This document shows, piece after piece, positions 44,354-58,408 of a DNA stretch of 64,000 nt. The notes under the pieces are model-generated. The model had not been told where the DNA came from. It worked only from the letters and a program-made list of their open reading frames with translations, and did not search any database. The translations under genes were made by a program, and so were the position numbers. Source of the stretch: Flaccisagitta enflata (Eukaryota); contig OZ231126.1 in NCBI GenBank assembly GCA_965153355.1, positions 26,722,001-26,786,000 of the forward strand, given 5' to 3'. Position 1 is the stretch's first letter; the number at the start of each line of letters is the position of its first letter.

Positions 44354-44849
44354 ACAGAGACAGAGAGACAGAGAGACAGAGATGGAGGGACAAAGACTGA
44401 AATAGAGATGGAGAGACAGAGAGTTAAAGAAATGGAGACAGACAGAGACAGAGACAGAAAAAGAGAAAAAGAGACAGTAAGAATGATACAGAGAAACAGA
44501 GACAAAGAATTAGAGACAGAGACCGAGAGTAACAGACAGAGAGACAGAGATATAGAGAATGATATGAATGAATAGAGGTTGAGGACCTGGTATCCTGGAT
44601 GATGGCAATTTTTAGGCAGCCATGTTTTGGCGAGTTGTTAAAACAAATGAAGGGCCAATGATCGATCGCCCTTTAGTTCTGCACCCTCTCTGTCTCCTTG
44701 TCTCCCTGTATCTCTCGATTCCCCTTTCCTCCCCCACCTCTCTATCCCCCTTTCCTCCCCCACCTCTCTTTCTCGCTCTCTCTTTCTTTCATTTTTTCTG
44801 TCTGTCTTTCTTTCTTCTATTTTCTTCTGTCTTTCTTTCTTTCTTTTTG

Positions 44850-44931
<82 letters not shown>

Positions 44932-46836
44932 TTTCTTCCTTTCTTTCTTTCTTTCTTTCTCTTTCAATTTCCTCGTTTCCTTGGTTTTTCTCACTCTCTC
45001 TTCTCTCTCTTCTCTTTCTTTTCTCTCTTGAAGATATGAAGAGTTTTGTAGCATTACCTCAGCATTTACCTACTTTGTAGCATTACCTCATTTTGCGTGG
45101 ATTGCATTGGCAAGTCACATTTGGATAAATAGCCGTGATTTGATTTCCCAGCATTCATCCCATAGACGCCTCAGATGATAAGTAATTGTAAGCAATGACA
45201 AGGTGGCGATCCAAGTGGCACACGTGTTCGCCTACTAGGCCTTGTTTTGGGATAGTTCTTCGCATCTCTAAATGAGGCTCTGTCTGCCCGTCTATCCGTA
45301 CGTACGTCGGTCTGCCTCATTTCAGTTCACTGACCAGCCCAATTGGACGACTTCATTTGTCAAGAGGCGTTACTGACCAACATTTGGAACGGACTGATCG
45401 ATCCTCTTTAGTTCCTAGTTATCGCCAACAGAAATACCAAAGCTGCATCGAAGGCCAAAACCACTCTGAAATCTACGCTTGTTACTGAATCCAACAATTG
45501 TTGATATAAATCATGATGTTAAGTTCTGTTGCCTTGAAATGTGAAAGCTTGTCAGTTTGTCATGTCGAATCATGTCGGATCATGTTCTGTAATTTTAGCG
45601 CGATCGATCAGCGTCATTTTTCCTTTTTCCGCCAAAGTGTAAAGATTCAAATTCTCTCAATTCTTTTCGGAACAAAATTTGTCCCAATCGATCACATTTG
45701 TGAGGTAAACCTCCGACACTAAGTCGATCGGTCAAATTCTGGTGACGGAGGAATTCGTCTGTCCGTCTGTCCGTCTGGTTTTCTTTCATCATTCTTGCCT
45801 CATTTGAAAAGGGGGAAAAAGTCAAATTGGAACAAAAGTCATTACTCTTGCCTTTAAGTACTGAAAAGACGGATGGTTTTCCCCTTCTTTTTTTCATGAG
45901 TTATATTTAAACAGGTGGACCTCCCACAATCTCTAAAGCCCACCCAGGAGTAGCCGGAAAACAACGAGACTTTGATCAATGGGCATTTCTGAGGAGGTTT
46001 CGGTTAGCAATGAGGGCCGGATGTACGGTTGACTTCGTGGCTTCTGACACGTGGATGCATGGGATTGAGCTTAGGTTCGGGCAATTTCCACAATAATCTA
46101 GACTGGCGAAAAGTAGATGTCTGAATTCGTTAACATTTTTAAAAATGTTATAATTTCATAATGGTTACACCTAATAGCCTGAAATTTGAGCCCTATGCTC
46201 AGAATTTGATACTCTTTCAGATCATATCAAAACATGTGTGACAACCCCTAGCAACCGCTAAACGAACGACATTTTTACAGAATATACTGTTGGAAAGTTG
46301 TAGCAAATTTAATTTTAAGCAATATTCCCTCAAAAAATTTCTCAAAATGTTGTTATTTTAGCGTAAATACATGGAAATGCATTTCCATGGCAACCAACTA
46401 TCATAGGCAATAAAGCATCATTTTATTAATCTATATTCTAAATATCAATCTCCTGGCTTCATTTGTTTTCCTACAATGCTTGCCCCCGTTATCTCAAGTC
46501 TAGACGAGATCTACTGTGCTGAACCCGAATCAATTTTTGCACTCACTTTTAGGGGATGTAATTGGGGATTTTCAGACTAAAATTATTTTTTACTGGGGAC
46601 ATTGGGGCTTTTTCCCGGGGAAATTATGTCCAGGTTTTCTACTATAGATTGCGCTAAAAGGAAGTGAAAATTTGTCCCTTCGAAGTAGCCACGAAACACG
46701 ATTTGCAAACGAATTCTCTGTCTTTTCAAATCAAAGTCTCAAACACTATTTTTTTTTTTTTTTTAGACGGATGCACGCGCACGTGTGTGTGTGTGTATGT
46801 GCGTGTGCGTGTGCGTGTGCGTGTGCGTGTGCGTGT

Positions 46837-46924
<88 letters not shown>

Positions 46925-48539
46925 GTGCGTGCGTGCGTGCGTGTGTGTGTGTGTGCGTGTGCGTGTTTGTGAGTGCGTGTGTGTATGCGTATAAGCACGG
47001 GGGTTCATGGCAAAAAATGGTCAGAGCCTTGATGTTCAGGAGATGTGCGCACCATTTCATGGTAAAATGCACCAAAAAAAATTTGGAGGTCGTCCGATGT
47101 CGGGAAGATGGCGCCGCCACCCCCCCCCCCCCCTGAGTAAAGTGGTGGTGGTGGTACAAATCTTGTTGTTTAAGATCATTTTGCCCTCATAATTGGGCCA
47201 CTTTGCCTTAGAAAAATGACAAAAAATCCATGAGATTATAAAACTAGAGCTCAAGAGCTAACCAGTGGTGCAATCTGCATGTTTCTATCATAACCGGCCA
47301 AACCAGCCTACCACCCAACTAGCTTACCAGCCTAAAAGTGAAAAACATGCATAACTTAGGCATTTTTCAACAGATTTAGTTGAAACTTGGTATGTGGTCT
47401 CTGAATGGAAGGACTCAACATATGAATTCAATTTATAAAGATTTTAGCATGCTAACCGGCCAAGCCAGACGACCACCCAACCAGCCTACCAGCCTAAAAG
47501 TGAGAAACATGCATAACTTTGGCATTTTTCAATTGATTTTTTTGAAATTTGGTATGTAGTCTCTGAATGGAAGGACTCAACATAAGAATTCGATTTATAA
47601 AGATTTTAGCATGCTAACCGACCAAACCGGACTACCTTCCAACCTACCAGCCTACCAGCCTACCAGCCTAAAAGTGAAAAACGTGCATAACTTTGTAATT
47701 TTTCAATTGATTTGGTTGATACTTAGTATAAAGTCTTGAAATGGAAGGACTCAACATATATATTTGATTTGTTAAGATTTTAGCATGCTAATTGACCAAA
47801 CCAGCCTACTGCCCAACCAGCCTACCAGCATTAAAGTGAAAAACCTGCATAACTTTGACATTTTCCAACCAATTTGGATGAAACTTGGTATGTAGTCTCT
47901 AGATGCATGCTAACCGGCCTGCCACCCAACTAACCTACCGCCTTCAAAGTGATAATTGTGCATATCTTGAACAATATTCAATCAATTTGGCATTGTCAAA
48001 CGGCGTTGTCAAATGGCATTGTCAAACGAGTGGTTGAGAGGTAAGCTGCTTTGGTCCCATACGTACATCAAGTCATTTCACTTTGAGTCTGCATACCAAG
48101 TTTTTAGTTTTAACCAAATTGATTGAAAGTTGTCCAAGTTATGCTTACTTATCACTTTGAAGGCTGTAGGTAGGTTGGGTGGTAGGACAGTTAGCATGCT
48201 AGAATCTTTATAAATCAAATTTATATGTTGAGTCCTTCCATCTAGAGACTACATACCAAGTTTCAACCATGTTGGTTGAAAAAAGCCAAAGTCATGGAGG
48301 TTTCTTTTATTTTTAGGCTGGTAGGCTGGTTGGAAGGTAGGCCGGTTTGGTCAGTTAGCATGCTAAAATCTTAACAAATCAAATGCATATGACGAGTCCT
48401 TCCATTTTGAGGCTTTATACTAAGTTTTAACCCAATCAAATGAAAAATTACAAAGTTCAGCACGTTTTTCACTTTTAAGCTGGTAGGCTGGTTGGGTGGT
48501 AGTCTGGTTTGGTTGGTTAGCATGTTAAAATCTATATAA

Positions 48540-49149
48540 GACGGAAAATTTATGAAGGAAAATGAAGTGTTTCACAATACTTTTTGCATCATTATCAGGA
48601 CAATAATGAAGCTGGAATGCTTTTAGTGGACAAATTGTCTCTAAGGATACTTGGTGCATACATTTTTATCATATTCTGACTTAAAATGCAATTTGAACCA
48701 TGCGATTCACATGAAAACAAGCAAGAAAACGATGATTTTTAGTGATTTTCTGCTTACACTTCTTTTTATTTTCTGAGGTTGAAATTCTAAGAAAGCCAAA
48801 TACAGGGAAATTTTGCATTTTGAAAAACATAGTTCTCTCTGTAATCGATTTGGGAAGAGAAGTATGTTCTTTGTTTTTTCATTTTTTCATTTCCTAGGCA
48901 AATTTAGAATTTCAACCAGCCCCCTGTCAGTGACCAAAAATGAAATAAGTACAAATTTTCCAAGTAATTTTTTTGGTAACATTGGCTAAACTTGGTCCTT
49001 TTGCTGAATCAATGCAAATTTTTCTTTTAAATATTATATCTGTGCCATCTCAATCATCTTTTTTCACTTATTTTTGCATTTTCATTTATACATTTTTTCT
49101 ATTTTGATCTTCTTTGAAACACAAATGTTGCCTTCGGAGGGAAGCCGTC
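48540..49149. mobile_element. Nested 610-bp element with 4-bp TSD (superfamily uncertain)
   Basis: ATAA|GACGG..GAAGG..GTGTTTCA ... TGAAACAC..CCTTC..CCGTC|ATAA. Removing it restores the host 162-bp repeat unit. Confidence 0.7.
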
Positions 49150-49404
49150 ATAAATTGAATTCATATGTCAAGTCCTTCCAATCAGAGACTACATACCAAG
49201 TTTCAACCAAATCAATTGAAAAATGCCAAAGTTATGCATGTTTTTCACTTTTAAGCTAGTAGGCTGGTTGGGTGGTAGGCCGGTTTGGTCGGTTAGCATG
49301 CTAAAATCTTTATAAATCGAATTCATATGTGGAGTCCTTCCAGTCAGAGACCACATACTAAATTTCAACGAAAACAGTTGAAAAATGCCAAAGTTATGCA
49401 CGTT

Positions 49405-50127
49405 TTTGGGCAGCGGCCCCGAAGGGGACGAAGTCCTGTAGAACACAGGGGGACTTTCGTTCGTCCGTTAGTTCGTTCGTTCGTCCGTTTGTCCCCCCAC
49501 ATCAGGATCCTCCGACCTCAAATCTGGCCTCTGAGACCTCAAATCTGGCCTCTCAGACCCCAAATCTGGCCTCTCAGACCCCTAATCTAGCCTCTCAGAC
49601 CCCAAATCCGGCCTCTCAGGCCTCAAATCAAGCCTCTCAGACCTCAAAACCGGCCTCTCAGGCCTCAAATCCAACCTCTCAGGTCTCAGACCTGGCCTCT
49701 CAGGCCTCAAATTAGGCTTCTTAGGCCTCAAATCCAAATCCTAAGGTCTCAAACCTGGCCGCTCAGGCCTCAAACTAGGCCTCTCAGGCCTCAAATCAGC
49801 TATCTAAGCCTCAATTCATTGCCCTCAGGCTTCAAATCAGTCCTCTGACCTTTCAAGCCTTAATCCAGCTCTCTTAAGCCTTGAGTCAGCCCTGCCATCT
49901 TCCAGCAGCCTTCTTAGACCTCAGTTTAGGCTCTATAGAAGGCCTTCAGTTAGCCCTCTATCGCATCTCATCCACTTCTGCAGGCAGGACGAACGCAAGT
50001 CCCCCTGTGTTCTACAGGACTTCGTCCCTTTCGGGGCCGCTGCCCTGCTTCCCCTCACTCCAATTCACAATCACTCAAAGCAGGGCAACGGGTATCGCTG
50101 ACCACATATTGCCCTTGGGCGACCTGT
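49405..50127. mobile_element. Nested DINE/Helentron-like element with subterminal inverted repeat and 21-bp tandem array
   Basis: GGGCAGCGGCCCCGAAGGGGACGAAGTCCTGTAGAACACAGGGGGAC with its inverted copy at ~49999-50045; (TCGT)n; CCTCAAATCTGGCCTCTCAGA array. It interrupts a host T-run without a TSD. A related partial copy lies at ~38640-38908 in the opposite orientation. Confidence 0.7.
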
Positions 50128-51156
50128 TCACTTTTAGGCTGGTAGGCTTGTTGGGTGGTAGGCTGGTTTGGCTGGTTATGATAGTAACATGCAGATTGCA
50201 CCACTGGTTAGCTCTTGAGCGCTTATTTTATAATCTCATGGATTTTTTGTCATTTTTCTAAGGCAAAGTGGCCCAATTTTGAAGTCAAAATGACCTTAAA
50301 CAACAAGATTTGTTCCATCACCATCATTTTATTCAAGGGGGGGGGTGGCGGCGCCATCTTCCCGACATGGACGAACTCCAAATTTTTTTTGGTGCAATAT
50401 ACCATGAAATGGTGCGCACATCTCCTGAACATAAAGGCTCTGACCATTCTTTGCCATGATCCCCCGTGCTAATGCGTATGTGTGTGTGTGCCCGTGTGTG
50501 TTTTGTCGTGTATATCGTTTAATCATCGCGTTTTATCATCGTAAGGTAAACGAAAAATCCAGAGCCAATCTTTCATTCTGAGGGGAGGTGATGTTCGTTA
50601 TGTGCGCGTTCATGCTCGCATTCAATCACGAAAAGCCAAACGAAAACTTTGTAAAACATTTATGGTGATATTTTTAATCCGTTGGAAACGGAAGTGCTGC
50701 TGGCGGAGGCGGCAGCGGCGGCGGCAGCGGCGGCGGCGGCGACGGAAATCCGCGGGCGAAAACATAAGAAGAAGACAAGAAACGCTTCCGGGATTAACCA
50801 ACGATTATGTACGCAAATCCCCCGTAAGGCCCAATGCGCTCTCCCTCCCTTAACGAAAAAGGCGACGACGAGGATAAAGACGATGATGATGACGAAAGTG
50901 ACGAAGAAAGTTACGATGGCGTTGACTTTGTTGACAGTGATGACGTAAATGTAAACGATGATGAAGATGACGATGGTGGTCATAACTATTGGATAATGAT
51001 GAAGTAACCAGATGTTGTTGCAGTCGTTGTTATTGATGTTTTAGTTGTTGTCATTGTTGTTGCTATTGTTGTTGTTGCTATCATTGTTGTTGTTTTGTTA
51101 TTGTTTTTGTTGTTCTGTTGTTGTTGTTTTTGTTGTTGTTGTTGTTGTTGCTGTTT

Positions 51157-51227
<71 letters not shown>

Positions 51228-51324
51228 ATTTTGGTTGTTGTTTTTGTTATTGCTGTCGTTGCTATTGTTGTTGAAGTTGCTATTGCTGTTGCTGTTATTG
51301 TTATGGTTGTTGTTGCTGTTGTCG

Positions 51325-51407
<83 letters not shown>

Positions 51408-51893
51408 GCTTTTTGTTGTTGTTGTTGTGGTTGTTGTAATCATTGTTGTTGTTTTTGTTGTTTTGGTTGTTGTTGTGATTTTGGCTGTTGTTGTTGGAGT
51501 TGTGATTATTGTGGTTCTCATTGTTGTTGCGGTTATTGTTGTTATTGTTGTTGTTATTTTTGTTGTTGTTTTCGTTGTTTTTGTTGTTGTTGTTGTTTGT
51601 GTTATTTTTGTTGTTTGATGGAAGCCCCATAACGGCTATGACGACGACGATGACGAGGGCAAAGTAGGCGCTGGTAACCTCCGATCAACGCACCCCACGG
51701 AGAGGCTTTCTAAGCGGCGACGTTCCTCGGTCGCCGAGCGGCCTTTTGCCCGGCCTCTGAGCCATTGACGGCCCTTTGCCCGGCCCTAAGCCCAAAATCA
51801 AACCGGATTATCCGCCGATTTGGGGAGATGAAGAAACCAACCGTGGCAAAGATGCATCATGACCAACCAACCGACAGTTGACCGGACGCGGGC

Positions 51894-51975
<82 letters not shown>

Positions 51976-52044
51976 CAGAGAGAGAGACAGAAAGACAGAG
52001 GGCAGATGGAAAGTAAAGATAGAAGAGAGAGAAGGAAAGAGGAG

Positions 52045-52075
<31 letters not shown>

Positions 52076-52383
52076 GAGAAAAAAGTGAGAAAGGGTAGGG
52101 AAAAGAATTTTCATGGTGAGATTTCAACTGAGCGTTTCTAGACATCCATACTCTCTCTCTCTCTCTCTCTCTCTCTCATACGAACTCAGTGCCTCATACG
52201 AACTCAGTGCCTCGTGACAAACACATCTCTCTGGATTATTTTTTTTTCGCCGAAAATTACAAGAAAAAAGTGGAAACACCAACTACGAGTGCAAACAGTT
52301 TATCTCTTCTCCCGCAAATTTCCTAACGGATCAACCAAATCTTCTCAACTGGAAAAACTAAGAACTAAAAAAAAAAAAAAAAA

Positions 52384-53322
52384 ATGTCTCAAGACGAAAC
52401 CATGGAAATTCTCAAACGGCCTATTGTGAGTCGTAATGATATCCTAGAAAAAATACTCAGTGAATTTAAATTAGACCCTCCTCCTAAAAAGAAAAAAGTT
52501 GACATGCAAATCATGATAGCAGACTATATGAAACAGAACCCAGACAAAGATCCATTTTTTCGTGAATTAGTTGATAAACTCACAAACGACTTCAAAAGTC
52601 AGAAACAATCAGAGACGGAGAAGGCTAAGTCACAGACTACTGAACTACAAAATCTAACACCATCCCCACTCGAAACACAGCCATCACCACCACAACAGGA
52701 CACATTACCATCTCCACAGAATACAACACCATCTCAGCAGAGCTCATTACCATCTCAACAGAACTCATTACCATCTCAGCAGAACTCGCCATCATCCCTA
52801 TCACCGATCACGATCCAAATAGATACACAAGCTTCTCTCTTTGATTCAACTCAAAAAAGTCCTTTCACTCCACTTTTTTCCGCCGATCCTATATTCGATC
52901 GATCGATCGATATGGAGACTGATGAGAGAGAAAAAGAGTTAAAAAGAAAGAAAACCGACGATACTGAAGATGAATCTCAGATTTCTGATAAACGACCTAG
53001 ACTCATATATGATAGTGAAGATGTCAGAAATCTCGTCACCGCATTTAAAGAGCAGAAGAAGGAAAGACTAGAGCTTGTCCGACACATGAAATTCCTTGAG
53101 GACACGATTAAACAGGAAAAGCAACTCCGTGTCGCCGCAGAGACAACACTTGAAACTGAAAGAAAAGAATGGGCGAATGACAGACGTGAAATGATGAATC
53201 TTATTCAAGGCGAAGTATCTAGAGGCATGGAGAAAGTTGGCCTCGATGTCTCTATGGGCTTTGCACAAATACGCAACCAAATTAAAAACAACAGCAGCAA
53301 TACCACAGAACAACAACAGCAA

Positions 53323-53411
<89 letters not shown>

Positions 53412-53496
53412 TAAACAACAACAACATAAACAACAACAAAACCAGAAACGACAACAACAGCAACAAAGTAAACAACAACAACAACAACCTAAACAG

Positions 53497-53565
<69 letters not shown>

Positions 53566-54252
53566 GGTAAACAACGACAACAACAGCAACGACATCAACG
53601 ACAACAACAACAACAACAACAACAACAAAGGCATGTTCACTCTGGCGAAAAGAAAACAATTTTACTCATAACTGATTCAAATGGCAAACTGCTCAATCCA
53701 CAATTACTCAAACCGGAAGATAACGTCCAACGTGAAATCCGTTACCGTCTACAAAATGCCATTGGTGAAGTCCCTGAAGTTCAAGACCCAAACACAGTCA
53801 CAGATATTATTTTCCAGGTTGGCCTGAACAATCTCAATGACGGTTGGTCACCTGAGAAAATTCAGGACAGAACGGTGGAGATGCAGAAAAAGTATAAGAC
53901 AAGATTCCCCCATGCCAGGCAACATATTGCCGCACTTCCACCTCTTGAACCAAAACACAGACAGACCAATAAGCTGCTCCAAGGGCTGGTCAAACATATA
54001 AAATCAAATTTCATAACGACTAAACGCTTCCTGGACAGAAACACAAAGCAACTCAGGTTGAACATGTTTAAAGTCAAACGTAACCAACCAGACTTCCATT
54101 ACAACGAAACAGGAATAAAGATTCTTGCGAAAGAAATGAAAAAGAGTCTTTATTCACTTGCAAACAGAGACACTGAACCGTTGGCCCCGTTAAGAGGAAC
54201 CCAACCTCCAGTGATTACAATTGAAGATGAAGATGAGCCTATTTGGGTATAG
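52384..54252 (+). CDS. LINE ORF1p: coiled coil, polyQ tract, SGNH esterase-like C-terminal domain
   Basis: 622 aa. Charged heptad region, ~105-codon Q-rich tract, then ILLITDSNG, IIFQVGLNN and DFHYN, resembling SGNH blocks I, III and V. Confidence 0.8.
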
Positions 54253-54264
54253 GATGAAATCCAA

Positions 54265-57200
54265 ATGGTCCACAATGACACAACAACCTATCCCAATTTA
54301 CTCATAAATACCCATAATGAAGATTACAACCATTTACCAACACACACAATTAACAAACCAGAAACAACCTCCCTCACAAATGAGCCAGAACCTACCACGA
54401 TAACATGCACCAGAGAAAAAAGTATCACTTCCATAAACACCGACAATAAACCAGATATGCCCACTATTATAGGCAATCAGTCTGGCCACAGCCGTAAACA
54501 CAAAAACGGAAAAAAAGGTACATTTTCCAATCAAATTAAGGTCATGTACTCAAACATCCGAGGCCTTAAAGGAAAGAAAACAAGCCTTATCGAAATCCTG
54601 GATGAAAACCAACCACATCTTTTTCTCCTCACAGAGACACAGCTAAGGAACAACTCTGGAGGAAAAATCGATGGTTATGAGTTTTACAGCAGGATAAGAA
54701 AGAAAGGGACAGGTGGCGGTGTGGGAATTTATGTCCGAAATGACTTAAAATCTAATGCCACTACAATCATTTCCACACGCAACATAGAAATCATCTGGGT
54801 AAGCATACATCGGAAAGGCCTTTCACCCATTTTGATTGGCACTTACTACGGGAAACAAGAGACCCGTACAAACAAAAGCGAAATCGAAAAAGAAATGCAA
54901 TTATTAAATGAAGAAATTGAGGAAATGAAAAGAGAAGGTGAAGTGCTACTAGCAATGGATGGGAACGCCAAAATTGGCTTGCTTGGGGAGCCCATTAGTC
55001 GCAATGGTAAACTCCTTTTACAGTTGGTAGAAAATACCAACCTAAAACTCGTCAATAATACCCCGAAGTGCAAAGGCAGGATAACGCGAGTCAACACAAA
55101 AAATCCTGACGAGCACTCAGCTATCGACTTTTTGCTAGCCTCAGAGAACGCCGAAAAATGGATTTCAGAGATGTTGATTGACGAAGAGGGACTGTACAAA
55201 TTGAAAGGAATAAACGAAACGGACCACAATACAATATGCATAGATATAAACATTACAAACATAGAAAAGATCAAAGTAATGAAACATGTAGGGTGGAACA
55301 TTAACGCCCCAGCAGAAAAATGGGAAGACTTCAAAAATGAACTTGATAAGAGACGTAATAAAGCCACACAAATAATAACAGACAAAACACAACCCCTGCA
55401 GAAGAGATACAATTTGTGGCTAAGAGAAATTGAGAATGCAGCCAGAGAAACGATAGGTAAAACCACCTTCAAAGAAGGTAAATTTGGCAAAACGTCAGAA
55501 GAAATAAAGAAATTAAGACAAATGAAGAAAGATCTAAAGAAAGAGATACAAATAGAAACCGACAAAGAAAAAAGAGATCTTCTTATTCTAGACCACAAGA
55601 AGATCCAAGAAACCACTAGAGAGGAAATCGTACGTGAGAAAACTGAACAGATAAAGAAAAAACTAGAGAATATAATAAGTGATACAACGGGGAAAACATT
55701 CTGAGGTTTAAAAAGACAAATGACAAGAGACCCAACGCTCGAATCAATGGCTGTAAAAGATAGAAATGGTCAAAGGCAATTTTCACCAGAAGGCATTAAA
55801 GAAGCAACGGCGGACTACTACCAGGATCTCTATAAAGATAAAGAATATCCATTTCATCCATACCATATTGAAGTGGAAGAGAAGATCAGGAATTACACAG
55901 AAGATGATCAACATGAAGACACACGTTACAACCAGCCGCCCACCATAGAAGAAATTACAAAAATTATTAATCTTAAAAAGAATGGTAAATCTACACCTGA
56001 TATTAAAAATGAAATGTTAAAACGCCCAGGCCTAGCCATGATCTACTTTCTCATGCCTTTGATCGAGACTATATGGGAAGATGAAACCATTCCCAAGGAA
56101 TGGATAACAGGATATATAACTAGTTTATGGAAAGGGAAAAACGACCGGGAAAATTTAGCAAATTATAGAGGGATTACCACCTGTTCAGCAATCGGCACAA
56201 TATTTGATACCATCATAGATAACAGGATTGAAAGTGTGGTCCCTTTCACACAAGCGCAAGGTGGAGGTAGAAAAAATGCATCAACCTTTGACCACCTCTT
56301 CCTTATGCGTGCAATGTTTGACATAGCCATCAAACAAAAAAGGGCCTCCTTCTTCACTTTCTACGATGTACAAAAAGCTTATGATAATGCAAGCAATAGT
56401 GATATGCTTGCATTATTATGGGACAGAGGACTCAGAGGAAAATCATGGCGAATTTTGAACAATCTTAACGGTAATCTAAGTGCTATCATGAAGACTCGAT
56501 TTGGCCCAACACGCGAAATCCCAATGGAAATTGGGGGGAAACAGGGCTCTCGTCTAACAGGCCGAATGTTCGCCAAACTCATGGATTCCCTCGCCGAAGA
56601 ACTGGAAGTGACAGGCGAGGGGTTCATGCTTGATGCAGATTTCATCATTGCAGTCCTACTGTGGGTGGATGATGTAGTCTCATGCGTCGACGGAAACGAA
56701 AATCAAGAAAAAATGCTCGAGAACATTCATGAATTTGCACTAAAACATAAGCTTTGCTGGGGTCAAGAGAAGTGCAAAGTCATGAGGATTGGGCGACACA
56801 CAGAAGAATCAAAACAATGGATGATTGGTGATATGCCCATCGAAGAAACGACCTCTTACAAATATCTGGGCGACCTGCTAACAAATGACGGAAAAAACGC
56901 GAAAAATCTTGAATCAAGGAAAAATAATGCTTTTGCGACTACCACTAGCATTAACTGTTTTGCCGCCAATGAAATACTCAAAAGAATCGAAACCGATGTA
57001 CTACTTAGACTCCATGAAAAGGTGACGGTTTCTGGCCTATTGACCAACGCTGAGTCATGGACCTTAAACCGGGGGGAAAAAGCTGAGCTTGAGAAGATAG
57101 AGGTACAATCTCTCAAGCACCTATTTGATCTGCCAGCTCATACCCCAACACCCGCCATCATTTTCACGCTTGGCACTCTCTTTACTGACCATCGTGTTGA

Positions 57201-57855
57201 AATTAAAAGACTAAACTACCTCCATCGTATACTTATCAGAGAAGAAGACCATTGGACAAAAAAGGCATTCAATACCTTAGATTCCATGAACATTGGGTGG
57301 AGTAAAAGCATAAAAGACACATTGACAGAGTATCATTTACCAACAGACTATGAAACAATAAAAAGTATGACGCAAAGACAATGGGGCAATCTCGTAAAAG
57401 AAAAAGTAGAGGCAATGAACAGAAGACGCCTCTACGATGACTGTCACAAGACAGTTGATGGAGTTCAAGTAGTAAAGACAAAAACCTCGAGTATCCCAAA
57501 TAACCTCCTGTCACATGCTTATACAAGAAAACCATGTGATGAAATCCTACAATGTACTAAACAAGAAACAAAAACAATTATCATAGCACGATTTGGGATG
57601 TTGGATTGCGGGCGCAATTTTAAAGGGAGTAATGACGAGACATGTAATGAATGTAGTGAAGTAGATGATGAGGAACATCGTTTGAACCATTGTATTAAAT
57701 ACCGTTCTTTCAATTATTATGACCATGAACAAAAAATACCATTTAAAAACATTTTTTCCACTGATGTAGATATACTACGAGACATCATCCCTAGAATTCA
57801 AAAGGTATGGGATACAAATTGCGCCCATGGAACAATGAAAAAAGAAGAATGTTAG
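54265..57855 (+). pseudogene. LINE ORF2p (APE endonuclease, reverse transcriptase, C-terminal CCHC) with one nonsense codon
   Basis: APE: YSNIRGL, LLTET, GGGVGIYV, MDGNAK, SAIDF, TDHN. RT: NYRGIT, FYDVQKAYD, GGKQGS, LLWVDD, YKYLG. CNECSEVDDEEHRLNHC at the C-terminus. ORFs 54265-55704 and 55720-57855 are in the same frame, split by TGA at 55702-55704. Confidence 0.92.
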
Positions 57856-57868
57856 CATCGGGCAATCA

Positions 57869-57968
<100 letters not shown>

Positions 57969-58313
57969 AACATGCAAAATATAGTATGATTGCCATACAT
58001 TGATAATTTATACATTTTATTAATTGAACCATAACAACTGTAATAATGACCATGAAAGAAGGAAAGTTACATTTATTTTCGCATATGTTACCATTTTTCA
58101 TGCATTACCATTTTCATATGTTCATATTTCCACATGTTCATATGTTACCATTTTTGTATGACTACCATTTTCATATGCCATATTCATAACTTTCCAATGA
58201 TTATTTAAACACTTGTAGATTAGACTATTTATTGTACCACATTTCGCTCAAAAACAATTTATTGTTTATGTGTTGAATGGCGCATTATTGAGCAATATAA
58301 TCAATCAATCAAT

Positions 58314-58408
<95 letters not shown>

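Larger units (their letters stand above)
46993..50471. mobile_element. hAT-like non-autonomous foldback element with long TIRs and internal 162-bp repeats
   Basis: TSD ATGCGTAT at 46985-46992 and 50472-50479. Ends (A/T)AGCACGGGGG..CATGGCAAA / TTTGCCATGATCCCCCGTGCTA; ~350-bp inverted arms. Inserted in a (GT)n tract. Confidence 0.9.

Noticed and set aside
47290-49860. Regularly spaced repeats considered as a CRISPR-like array
   Set aside because: The units are contiguous tandem repeats without unique spacers, in a eukaryotic TE context with no cas genes.
50600-50990. Poly-Ala/poly-Arg ORFs around (GCG)n
   Set aside because: Driven by a trinucleotide repeat, with no supporting domain or splice evidence.
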